Shown here in pieces: positions 10,070 through 22,000 of a stretch of 64,000 nucleotides of DNA (positions are counted from its first letter, which is position 1; each line of letters opens with the position of its first letter). The stretch covers positions 64,001 to 128,000 of the forward strand of contig CAVSGM010000009.1 of assembly GCA_963727485.1 (NCBI GenBank), written 5' to 3'. The notes under the pieces were generated by a model. The model made no database searches. It was given only the letters and a program-made list of their open reading frames with translations, and was not told the origin of the DNA. The position numbers and the translations under genes are program-made. Origin of the DNA: an uncultured delta proteobacterium (GTDB taxonomy: Bacteria; Myxococcota; Myxococcia; SLRQ01).

Positions 10070-13000
10070 GGCCGGTGACCCGGAGGAAGGGACCGCTTTC
10101 GTTCCGGTCGAAGCGCGCGAGCTCGTCGTCCCCGAAGTGGGTGAAGTTCCAGCCCGCCCCCAGGCGCAGGTTGTCGTTCACCCGCCACGCGGCCTCGAGG
10201 AGGAAGCCGCTCTTCAGCGACCCGATGAGCCCGCTCTGGCTCGACGCCCCCGCCAGCACCCACAGCATCCGGTACTCGCCCGAGAGGTCGAGGTGGTCGG
10301 TGAGGTGGAGGTCCAGGCGGTTCACCCAGAGGATGGTGTGGGCGAAGGTCTGCGCCGGCCTGACCGCCGCCGCCTCGCCGAGGCCCCCGTCGATGCGGGT
10401 GAGCTTGTAGGCGAGCTTCTCGGAGAGCGCCAGGTGCCAGGGGGTCTCGATGGTCGGCGCCAGCGACAGGACGTGGCTCGTCTGCCGGTCCGCGGTGCCC
10501 GCCTGGAGATCCAGGGGCCGCTGGTCGATGAGGTAGGTGTACTTGAACAGCACGTTCACCCAGTCGTAGCCCACCGGCCGGAAGGCGGCGCCGGCGGTCG
10601 ACTCCATCCACAGGGCCTCGTAGAGGTTCCGGTCGACGTTCCGGGTCCCCGACCAGTTCAGGTGCCCGATGAGGGACAGGTCGCGGGTGAAGCGCCAGGC
10701 CACGTTCCCCAGCACCACCCCCTGGAGCCGGGTGGCCACCCCCGGGAGCGTGCCCACCAGCTTGGGATCCGCCGCGTCGTAGCGCAGCTCGAGGCGCAGG
10801 CTCCCCTTCACCGCGTCCCGCAGCAGCTCCACCGAGGCGTTCGCCGCCGTCCGGCTGGTGGCCCCCGGGTAGAAGGTCCCCGCGGGGTTGGCGCCGGCGG
10901 CCTCGAAGGGCGGCACCCCGTCGACGCGGCCGGTGGTCGAGATCCGGCCGGTCACCGGGTCGATGGTGGTCCCGGGGATCGCCGTCGCCGTCCCACCGTC
11001 CGCCGCCGCCTGGGCCCCGAGCACCTGGGACCGCTCCAGACCGAAGCCCAGCTTGATGCCCTTCAAGGGCTCGAAGTGGTTGGCGATGCCGAAGACCGCC
11101 CGGCCCATGGTCCCACTCATCGCCCCGTCGAGCTGGTACTCGCCGTAGGCGCGGGTCCCGCCCCCGAGGCTCTGGTCGGCGCCGAGGACACTGGTGAGCT
11201 GGGACCCGCCGTCCGGCAGCAGCGTCATCCGCTCGTTGGCGTAGACGTGGCTCTTGTCGCCGGTCTTGACCCGGATCCCGAGGATGCCGCTGTTGGCCCC
11301 GTCCCACCGCGCCTGGGCCGCGAGCGTCAGGGCCAGGGCGTCGGTGAGCTTGTAGCGCCCGCCGGCGGTCGTCGTCATCCGCGAGGCGACGTCACTGAAG
11401 TACCGGGCGTCGCCGCCGAGGGTGAGGTCCTGCTGGAGGAGCAGGGTCAGACGCTGGGTGAGGTCGTACTCGCCGCCGAGCGACAGGACGTGGGTCCCCA
11501 GCGTCCCGTTCACCGGGTCGTGGACGATGACCCCGTTCCAGGTCGCCTGGGCGCGCCACTTCTTCGCCGTGTGCCGCCACCCGAGCTGGAGGAAGGTGCG
11601 ACCGATGAGGCGCAGGTCGGTGGCGCCCGAGGCCCCGCCGCCGGTGGGCACCTGGCTCTCGGTGTAGTCGACCCGCCCCACCACCTGGTCGTGCTTCGAG
11701 GCGTCCCAGGTGAGCCGGGCCCCGGCGCGGCGCTGCCCCTGATCCAGGAGCCGCGAGCTGGTGTAGAAGCCGTAGTCGTCGAGCTCGAGGTGGGCGTCGA
11801 GGCGGAGGATGTCCTTCTTGGCGCCGAGGAGGTCCCCGAGGGTCAAAGCCCCGTCGAGCTTGAACGCCGTGCCGCCGTTTCGGCACTGGGCCTGGAACAT
11901 CGCGGTGCCGGTGCACTGGGGCGAGAGCGCCGAGTAGGTCAGGCCCCCGTCGGCGGAGTAGTAGCCCGCGGCGTCGGTGCCGCTGGAGTGGGCGAGCTCG
12001 GCCTTGAGGAAGCTGTGGGGCGCCGGGGTCAGGGCCGCGCTCACCCCCACCAGGCTGTAGGGGTCGGCGCCGCCGCCGTTGCCCTGGGCCAGGGCGCCGG
12101 CGCCCACCGTCACCAGGTGCTTCCAGCTCTCGTGGACGTAGCCGCCCCCGGCGAGGTGGCTGGAGTCGGGGCTGGCCCGGTAGCTGTAGTCGGCGACCAG
12201 GAACGCGGGGTTCCCGGCCAGGGTGCTGGTGAGATCCGCGGCCCCGAGCCACCCGCCGTCGGCCACCGAGCTCAAGGGCTGGTTGAGGATCACCTGGCCC
12301 TCGGCGTAGCGGACCACGTAGTCGACGTTCCGCTGGAGGTAGCGGGTGGAGAGGAGCGCCCCGGTCGACCGGTCGCGGATCTCGACCCGCAGCCGCTCGC
12401 TCCCCTCGACCACGTCCCGGTCCTTGAGGAAGTAGAGGGACCCACCGGTGCCCTGCATCACCACGTGGCCGTAGCGCAGCCCGGTGTCGCCGTCGGACAT
12501 GAAGGCGTCGGCGCGGGTGCGGAAGTCCTTGGCCAGGGTCTGGTCGAGGTGGAGCTGGGCGCCGTAGAAGGTGCGCTCGTAGCGGAAGAGGCCGCCGGTG
12601 CCCAGCGCGGTCTGGAAGTTTCCGAAGCGCAGCTTGCTCCGGTCCGCCTGCACCGAGACGTAGAGGGGCCCGTCGGCGGAGACGTCCTGCACCTCGGCGC
12701 CGCTGTCGCCGTAGATGGCGTAGTGGGCCCCGGGCTGCACCAGGTCCTGGAAGTAGGTCTGCTGCCGGCTCTTGGAGGTGTCCACGTGGAGGGTGAGCTT
12801 CAGGTCCTTCCAGGGGCCGAAGTCGCCGTGCCACCGGCCCTTCCCGTAGACCACCGCGCGGCCGTAGAGGTACACCGGCCCCAGCGCCACGCTGTTGTAC
12901 GGGGTCACGCCGGGGAGCTCGGCGCCGGTGGTCCCGGCCGCCGTGTCCGCGGCGGCGAGGAGGACGAAGCCGTCGGGGGCGCTGACCACCTTGCGCTCGA

Positions 13001-16000
13001 AGTCGACCTCGTCTCCCTTGGGATCGGTGACCTTCAGGTGGAGGACCGAGGCGCCGCGCTTCAGGGGCACCACCGCCACGAAGTGACCGCCGTCGGCGAG
13101 CTTCAGCGTCCGGCCGTCGACGGTGACCGTGTTCCCCGGCGCCGTGACCCCGAGGATGGCCAGGTGGTCGCCGTGGATCACCGCGCCGTCCGGGGGCAGG
13201 CGCACCCGGGTCTGCGCCACCGGGACGGTCTTGGCGTCCACCTCGGCGAGGGTGCGGGTGACCAGGGCCTGTCCCGGGGGCTTCGGCGGGACCCGGGAGA
13301 GGGTCGACGCCGGCGCGGGCGCCCCGAGGCGGGTGCCGCCGCTGGCAGGTCCGCCGCCGGGGCCGTCGTCGGCGGGGCCGGCGGCGAGCGCCGAGGAGGT
13401 CGCGGCGGTTGCCGGCGCGGCCGACGCCACCGCCAGCGGCGCGGCCGTCCCCGGCGCGGGCGCCCCAGGCGAGGCCCCGGGCCCGCCCCCGAGGCGCGTC
13501 CCCGACCCGGGACGGGCCTTCGCCGCCGCAGGCGTCGCGGCCGTCGCGGCCGTCGCGGGCGCCCGGGCGGTCGTCGCCGGCGCCGCCACCGTGAACGTCG
13601 CCCTCCGCCCGTGGGGCCCGGTGACCGTCACCGGCACCGCCCCACCCTTCGGCGTCGCCGTCGCCGTGAACGTGTCTCCCTGACGCACCGCCGCCTTCCC
13701 GGCGACGGTCACCGCGGCCTTCGCCGCCGGCGGCCCGGGCACCCGGGGCGACCCGGCCACCAGGCGGATGACCACCCGGCGGTTCTTGGCCTTGTTCCGG
13801 GGCGTGAGGTTCGGCACCAGGGGCTGGCTGTCGCCGACGCCCACCGCGTGGATCCTCGTCCTCGGCACCCCGTCGGCCTCGAGGATCCTCGCCACCTGCG
13901 CCGCCTGGTCCTGGCTGCGCTTGCGAGCGGCCTGGGGGCCTCCGGCGTTGTCCGTGTGGGCCACCACCTCGACCCGGGCCGCGTGCCGCGCCGACGCCGC
14001 CACCGACGCCAGCCTCAGCCGGCGCATCGGCGGGATCCGGGTCCCGAGGAAGAGCCCCCGAGGGTCCGCACCGTCGCCCCCGCTTCCACCGCGAAGCCGT
14101 GGGCCGGCGAGCGCGCGGTGTCGCCAGGGGCCGTCTCGACCTCCAGGTGATAGAGGTAGCCGGCGCCGGGCCGGAGCACCCCGCGCCCGTGGCGATCCCG
14201 GGCCGTCCAGTGCACCCGGGCCGGCACCGCGCCCTTCCCCGAGGCCTCGCCCACGCGCCGCCCCCGGGTGTCGGTGACCACCAGCGCCCACCGGGAGACC
14301 TGGGCCGGGGCCGTGGTCTCGAACTCGAGGGGCCGCGCCGGCCGCCGGTGGCGCCCGAGGCGGATCACCGGGTGCCCGCGGAGGTGCGCCCCGACCCCGA
14401 GCAGGGGCTGGGCCACGGGCTGGCCGGCGACCCGGAGCGCCGGGGCCCCGGAGGCGGGCAGGCGCACCGCGATCGTCACCGTCCCGGCCGGCCCCGGCTG
14501 CTTGCCCTTCGCCGACGCCGAGGCGCCGTCCGAGGCGGCCTGCTCCGCCGAGGCCAGGGTCACCGCCGGGGCCCCGACCCACCCGCCGGCCGCCTCGGCC
14601 GCGGCCTTCCGGTACCCGGGCAGGGCCTCCAGGTGGACCTCCCGGGCCTGGCCCGAGGCGTCCACCGCGGTCACCAGGTCCGCGGGCTTGCCCTCGGCGT
14701 CGAGGGCCACCGCGGCGCCGAAGGTGGCGCCGTCGGCCCGCCGGATGCCCAGCACCAGCTCCCCGTCCCCGGGCATCGCCAGGGTGGTGTGGAAGCGCCC
14801 GCCGGCGTCCGGCGCCAGCCCCTTGGCGCCGGTGAGCGTCACCTTCGGCGCGAAGGTCAAGGGCATCACCGGCGGCGTGGTGTCCGGGACGTGGGCGTAG
14901 ACGTCCACCCGGCGGTTCCGCTCGCGGTTGCGCCGGCCGATGTTGGGCACCAGCGGCACCGACGACCCGCGGCCGACGGCGACGACCCGGCCCGAGGCGA
15001 GGCCCTCGCGCTCGAGCCAGCGCTTCACCTGCGCCGCCCGGCGGTCGGTCAGGGGCTTCGCCCGGGCGCCGTAGCCGTCGTCGACGTGGACCTCGATGTG
15101 CCCCACCGCCTGGGGGTGGGCCTTGAGCCAGGCCACGAAGGGCGCCAGCTCCCGGCGCAGGAGGCGCGTCGGCCGGGTGCCGAACGGCGAGAAGCTCGCC
15201 CCGGGGAGGCTGCGCTTGAAGGGCTTCACCGGCGCCGGGTGCCGTCCCACCCCGAGGACGCGCACCGGGCTCCGCGCCGCCCGGGCCCGGGGCCCCTCGA
15301 CGAAGAGCCAGGCCGCGTAGGTCCCGTGGACGCCCGCGGCCTGCCAGGTGAGCGTCTCCGGCGGCCGCCCGGTGCCGCCGAAGGTCTTCACCACCGGCCA
15401 GGTCTCCGGCCGGTCCCCAGCGCCCTGGGCCGGCACCTCGACCACCGCCAGCTGCCAGTCGAGGACCGGCGCCGAGACCTTGGTGTGGAAGGTCACCGCC
15501 CCCGCCGGGAGGTCGGCGAGGCCCAGCTTGTCGGCGCCGGTCACCGTGAGGTCCGGGTGGAGCACCTCGAGGGGCTCGCCGGCGACCGTCGCCGCCAGGG
15601 CCTGGGCCGACCCGGTCACCGCCACCGTCGGCGGCGCCTTGGGGGCCATCACCTTCACCGTCTTGGGCGTGGACTCGGGCTGGTCGCAGCGCACCGGGAA
15701 GTTGAGCACCGTGTCGAGGCCGGCGGTGAGGTCGTAGGTCTTCGCCGGCGGCCCGAGGCGCGTCACCCCCGGGGGCAGGGTCCCGGGGTCGAGCTTGAAC
15801 ACCCGCAGCCCCGGGAGGAGCCGGTGGAGGTGGTACTTCCCGCCGGCGTCGGTCTCGGCGTAGTGGCCGTCGTCGACGTAGATGCGCACCCCGGGGAGGC
15901 CGTAGTCGCCCACGTCCTGGACCCCGTCCCCGTCGTCGTCGCAGAAGACCTTGCCGTAGACCGTGCCCTCGTCGAAGAGGGGATCCGGGACCACCCGCAC

Positions 16001-19000
16001 CGGCGCCTCGGCCTGGCCCAGCGGCACTCCGTCGAGGAGCGCCGAGGCCCGGTTCACGTGGAGGCCCTGGGCGGCGTCGGCGGCGACCACCAGGGTGTAG
16101 CGCACCTCGAGGCGCTGCCCCGCCGGGAGGTCGTAGGGCCCGAAGCTCGAGATCTGCCCGGGCACCGGCCCGTTCTTCCCGGGGGCGTCGCGCTCGGGTC
16201 CTGCGCGCTCGCTCGTGCAGCTCCCGCTCGCCACCTGGTCCAGGCGCGGGCAGGTGCGCTGGGTGCTCCCGTCGGGGGTGGGCACCAGGCGCGCGGCCAC
16301 CGCCGACCCCTCGACGAAGCGGAAGCCGTCGGGGACCAGGTCCTGGACGGTGACCCCGCCGGAGACCCCGCCGGGGATGACCTTGAGAATCCTCGCCGGA
16401 GCGGTTGGTCACCGTGACCGTGTAGGGCACCAGAATCACCGGTGGTCGCCGTGGCCTTGGCGGCGACCTTGGTCACCGTCACCAGGTCCGAGACCGAGTC
16501 CAGGGGGAGGTGGTCGTGGGTGATGGCGTCGGCGGCGGTGCCGATGTGGAAGCGCAGGTAGTAGGTGGTGTCGCCGGTGGGGTCGGGCCCCGGGCTCGAG
16601 ACCACCGGGCCGCCGGGGGCGAAGCCCGGGGTCGGGGGCACCGACACCGAGGGGAAGGCGAGCTGGGGCGCCGGGGGCACCACCACCACCCGGTAGGCCA
16701 TCGCCGGATCCGAGGGCGGCACGTCGAAGCGGTAGAAGCCCGCCGCCGCCCCCGCCGGGGTCTGTTGGCCCTGCTGGCCCATGGCGAGGCAGGCGGCGCC
16801 CACCGGCCGGGGCAGCGGGTGTGCCGCCGAGGCGCCGAGGGTCGGGTCCTCGACGAGGTCCACCGGGCTCTGGTCCGGGTCGCAAGGCAGCGGCGCCTTG
16901 CCCACCTGGTCGTCGTCGTAGAGGAGGTAGACGTGGGCCCCGGCGATGCCATCGGAGGTCCGGGCCTTGTACACGACCCCCGAGGGATCGATGAGGCCGT
17001 CCTCCACCTCCACCGCGTTCGGATCCACCGCGGGCCCCTGGGCCTCGCCCAGCTGCACCCCGGTGGGGGAGACGAAGCGCAGGTGGTAGGCCTCGCCCGG
17101 GGGCAGCCCCAGGAGGGTGAAGTCGCCGCGGTCGTCGGTGACCGCCCGGTCCACGACCTTGGACGGATCGCCCTGGCGGTAGGCGAGGACGGTGAAGCCC
17201 GGGAGCGCCACGTCGGTCCCGGCCTCGAAGCGGCCGTCGCCCTTGCCCAGGTCCTCGTAGACCTTCCCGGCGTAGCCCCCGTCCCCGGGGAGCCCACCGA
17301 CGATCTCCTTCACTGGCGGGAGGTCGAAGCCGTCCACGTGGTCGGACTTCACCCGGGCCACGTTCTCGATGGTGGCGCCGTCGGGGACCTGGCCGTCGAG
17401 GCGCACCAGGAACGGGATGCGCAGGCTGGCCCCCGGGGCCAGCGGCGAGGTGACGGTGAACACCACCTGTCCCCGGTGGTGGGCGCCGGCGGGGGGCGCC
17501 GCGAGCTTGCCGATGACCCCGGCGGGGGCCTCGTTCTGGACGAAGGTGGTCCGCGCCGGGAGGTCGTCGGTGACCACGACGCCCGTCGCCGGCACGTTGC
17601 CGGTGTTGCGCACCACCACCGTGTAGCGGACGAGATCGCCCTCCCGGAGGCGGCCGCCGTTCACGTCCTGCCCGGCCTTCACCGAGGTCGAGAGGTCGTG
17701 GACCGGGATGGCGCCCACCGGGAACACCGTGGGCTGGTCGCCGGGGGTCGAGGGGTCGGCGTCGGTGCGCACCATCACCTGGGTGCCGTCGGGGGTGGTG
17801 GCGGCCACCGTGCCCTGGTTGACCACCGTCGACGGCGCCCCATCGACGACCTTCACCTGGAAGGCGAGGTGGGCCTGGCCCCCGGCGGCGATGCTCGGCA
17901 CCGTGACCGTGACGCCCCCCGGCCCCGCCGAGCCCGCGTCGTCGCCCGGGGCGTCGGTGAGCGCCTGGCCGCCGAGGGTGAGGGTCCCGGGGACGTAGGT
18001 GGTCCCGGTGGGGATGGCGTCGCTGACCTGGACGTCCTTGGCCTCCACCGTGCCCCGGTTGGGGACCACGATGTCGTAGCGGACCACGTCCCCGGGCTCG
18101 ACCACCCCCGGGGTGTTGGCGTCGACCACCAGCTTCCAGGTCTTCCAGGCGGGCGAGAGGAGCACCCGCTTGCCCACCACGATCACCGTGGGGTCGCCGG
18201 GGATGGAGGTGGTGGGATCGTCGGTGCCCACCGGGGCGTTCTGGTCGCCGGCGAGGACGCCCTGGTTGGAGATGACCGTGCCGCCGGGGGTGCCATCGTC
18301 GACCCGAACCTGGAACACCACCGTCGCGAGCTCGTCGGCGGGCGCCTGCCCGTCGTCGGCGAGGACGGTGCCGTCGGGGGTGCCCGCCCGGGGCGAGCGC
18401 ACCGGGAGGCCCGTGGCCAGGGGGAAGGTGCCCCCGGCGCCGTCGGCCACCGCCGCACCGTTCAGGGTGGTGGAGCCGGCGACGTAGTGGGTGCCACCGG
18501 GGATGGCGTCGGTGAGGCGCACCCCGGTGGCGTTCTCGGTGCCGTCGTTGACCACCTGGATGCGGTAGGCGAGGACGTCCCCGGGGGCGACGTCACCGCC
18601 GTTGAGATCGGTGACGGTCTTGGTGCTGTGGGAGAGCCTCGGCGCCGAGAGGACCTTCACCTCGGTGGCGTCGTGGGGCGCCGGGGTCGCCGGGTCGTCG
18701 GTGGGCCAGGGACGGTCCCCGTTCTCGACGTCGTGGAGGACCGCCTGGTTGGAGATGACGGTGCCGTTGGCCAGCGGCCTGGCCACGGTGGCGTCGATCA
18801 CCAGGGTCACCGAGTCGCCCGGGGCCAGCTTCGCCAGCGCCGGGATCTCGGTGGAGGTCCACTGGGCGTCGCGACCCACCCGGTGGGACACGGGGGTCGT
18901 CCGCACCTGGGTCAGCGACGGATCGAGGAGATCGTCGATGACCACGTCGGTGGCGTAGGTGTTCCCGGTGTTGGTGTAGGTGATGGTGTAGCGCAGGGCG

Positions 19001-22000
19001 TCGCCGGGGACGACGTCGCCGCCGTTGAGATCCTCGACCTTCTTGGTGGCGGTGTCGAAGGCCGGCGCCGAGGTCACCGTCACCCGGGTGGGATCCTGGG
19101 GCGCCGGGGTCGAGGGATCGTCGGTGAGGACCGGCTGGGCGAGCTCGGCGGCGGTGATCTTCGCCTGGTTGGCGATGACCGTGCCGTTCTTCAAGAGCGG
19201 CGCCACCTTGGTGGTGAAGGTGAGCTTCGCGTCGCTCCCGGCGGCGACGGTGCCCACCTGCCAGGTCACGGCGCCCCCGCTCAGCGTTCCGCCATCCGCC
19301 GGCTGCACGTCCACCAGGTCGGGATCGAGGGGATCGCTGACCACGACCCCGCTCGCCGGGTGGGAGCCGGTGTTCTTCACGTCGAGGGTCCACCGGAGGA
19401 CGTCCCCGGGCTCGACCTTCCCGCCGTTGACGTCGGTGACGGTCTTGGTGGACGTCGAGAGGTCGGGGATGGAGACGGTGATCACCGTCGGGTCGCCAGG
19501 AGCCGGGGTCGAAGGGTCATCGGTGACCGCCGGCTGGGCGAGCTCGGCAGCGGAGATCCGCGCCTGGTTCACGATCCGGGTGCCGTCGGGGGACACCGGC
19601 CGGATCCGGGCGGTGAAGTGGAGGGTGACGTCGCCGCCGGCCGCGGGGCTGACCTTCGCCAGGGGCGGCGTGGTCGCGGGATCCCAGACCACCCGGCCCC
19701 CGCGCACCTGGCCCCCGTCGGCGGGGACCACGTCGGTGAGGCTGGGGTCGATGGGATCGACCACCTTCACCGAGGTGGCGTAGGTGTTCCCGGAGTTGTG
19801 GATCACCAGGGTGTAGGCGAGCCGGTCCCCGGGCTCGACCAGGCCCCCGTTCACGTCGCGGACGGTCTTGGTGCTCGCCGAGAGGATCGGCGCCGCCACC
19901 ACCGTCACCGTGGTCGGGTCCCCGGGCGCCGGGGTCGCCGGGTCGTCGGTGGGCCAGGTCTTGGCGCCCCAGTGGGCCACGGCCTGATTCGGGATCTTGG
20001 TGCCCCCGGCGGTCAGGGACTTCACCTTGGCGGTGAAGTGGACCACCCGGGCGTTGGCCGAAAGCGGCGCCAGGTCGGCGGCGGGCCAGGTGACAGTCCG
20101 GGTCGCCGCGGCGAAGGTCCCGCCGTCGGCGGGGACCACGTCGACCAGGTTCGGGTCCACCACGTCGGTGATCGTCGTCCCCCGGGCCAGCATGTCGCCG
20201 GTGTTGGGGACGGTGACGGTGTAGTCGAGGGTGTCGCCCGGGGCCACCTCGCCGCCGTTGGCATCGACCACGGTCTTGGTCGCCGTGGAGAGATCCGGCG
20301 CCGCCTTCACCGTGACCTTCGTCGGGTCCGAGGCCGCCGGGGTCGAAGGATCGTCGGTCTTCACCGTGCCGGCGAGGGAGGGCCCGGTGATCCGCCCCTG
20401 GTTGGCGAGGACCGTCCCGTCGTCGAGGGGGAAGGCGGCCTTGGTGTCCAGGTGGAGGACCACGTTCCCCGCGGGCGCCAGGTCCACCGCCGGCACCTGC
20501 CAGGTCACGGTGCGGGTGGCGGCGTCGTAGGTGCCCCCGCCGTCGGCGCCCACGAACACCAGGTTCGGATCGACCGGGTCGGTGACCGTGACCTTCCGCG
20601 CCACCATGTCGCCCTGGTTCACCAACGTCAGGGTCCAGCGCAGGGCGTCGCCCGGGCGCACCGCGCCGCCGTTCACGTCGGTGACGGTCTTGGTGCTCGC
20701 CGTGAGGTCGGGGGCCGCGTGGACGGTGACCTGGGTGGGGTCGCCCGGGGCCGGGGTCGCCGGGTCGTCGGTGGGCGTCGGCTGGGCCAGGCCCTGGGCG
20801 GAGATGGCGCCCTGGTTGGAGATGACCGTCCCGTCGTCCAGGGGCCGCACCACCTTGGAGCCGAAGGTCAGGACCACCTGCTGCCCCGGGGCCACGCTCG
20901 CCAGGGCCGCCGTGGTGGTGGCGTCCCAGTGGACGCTGCCGCCGGTGAGGCGCCCGCCCTGCCCCGGGGCCACCGAGGTGAGGTCCGCGGACACCGGGTC
21001 GTCCACGGCCACCTGCCGGGCGACGGCGTCGCCGGTGTTCTTCACCGGTGATCGTCCAGGTGAGGGCGTCGCCCGGGCGCACCTGGCCGCCGTTCACGTC
21101 GGTGACCGTCTTGGTGGAGGTGGTGAGGTTGGCGCCGCTGACCACCGTGACCTTCGTGGGGTCGCCGACCTGCGGCGTCCGCGGGTCGTCCGAGGGCGCC
21201 GGCTGGGCGAGGTTCGTCGCCTTGACGAAGGCCTGGTTGGCGATGACCGTCCCGTTGTCCAGCGGCGACACCACCCGGGCGGTGAGGGTCAGGGTGTGGT
21301 CGCCACCCGGCGACAGCCCCACGTCCCCGAGGGGCCAGGTCACGGTGCGGGTCGCCGCGTCGTAGGCGCCCCCGGCGGACGCCGAGACGAAGGTGAGGCT
21401 CGGGTCCACCGCATCGGTGACCGTGGCCGCGTGGGCCACCGCGGTCCCGGTGTTCCGCACCACCACCGTGTAGACCAGCTGATCCCCGGGCCGCACCGGC
21501 GCCCCGTTGGGATCGGCGACGGTCTTGGTGGTGGTGGTGAGGTCCGGCGCCGACTTCAGGGTGATGACCGTGGGGTCGTGGGGCGCCGGGGTCGAGGGGT
21601 CGTCGGTGAGCACCGGCCCCGGCGCGCCGGTCCAGGTGATGGACGCCTGGTTGGAGACGGTGGTGCCGTCGTCCAGGGGCTTCACCACGTCGGCCTGGAG
21701 GTGCAAGGTCGCCTGGGCGCCCGGCGCCAGGGCGCCCACCTGCCAGGTCACCGTGTGCCCGCTCACCGTGCCCCCGTCCGCCGGGGCCAGGCCCGTGAGC
21801 CGCGCGGAGACCGGGTCGGTGACGGTCACCGCCGGCGCCGTCTGGGTGCCGGTGTTCTTCACGGTGACGACGTAGCCGATGCGGTCCCCGGGGCTGTAGG
21901 TCCCGTCGCCGTTGCGGTCGGTGACGAGCGAGACGGTCTTGGTGGAGGTGTCGAGGACGGGCCGGGAGACCACGTGGACCACCGTCGGGTCCGGCGCGGC

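Noticed and set aside
14015..21050. Programmed frameshifting or true pseudogenisation of the giant gene
   Set aside because: No slippery heptamers and no in-frame stops or decay. Indels fall at or next to GATC or in a homopolymer, as in unrelated genes, so sequencing error is more parsimonious, though not proven.
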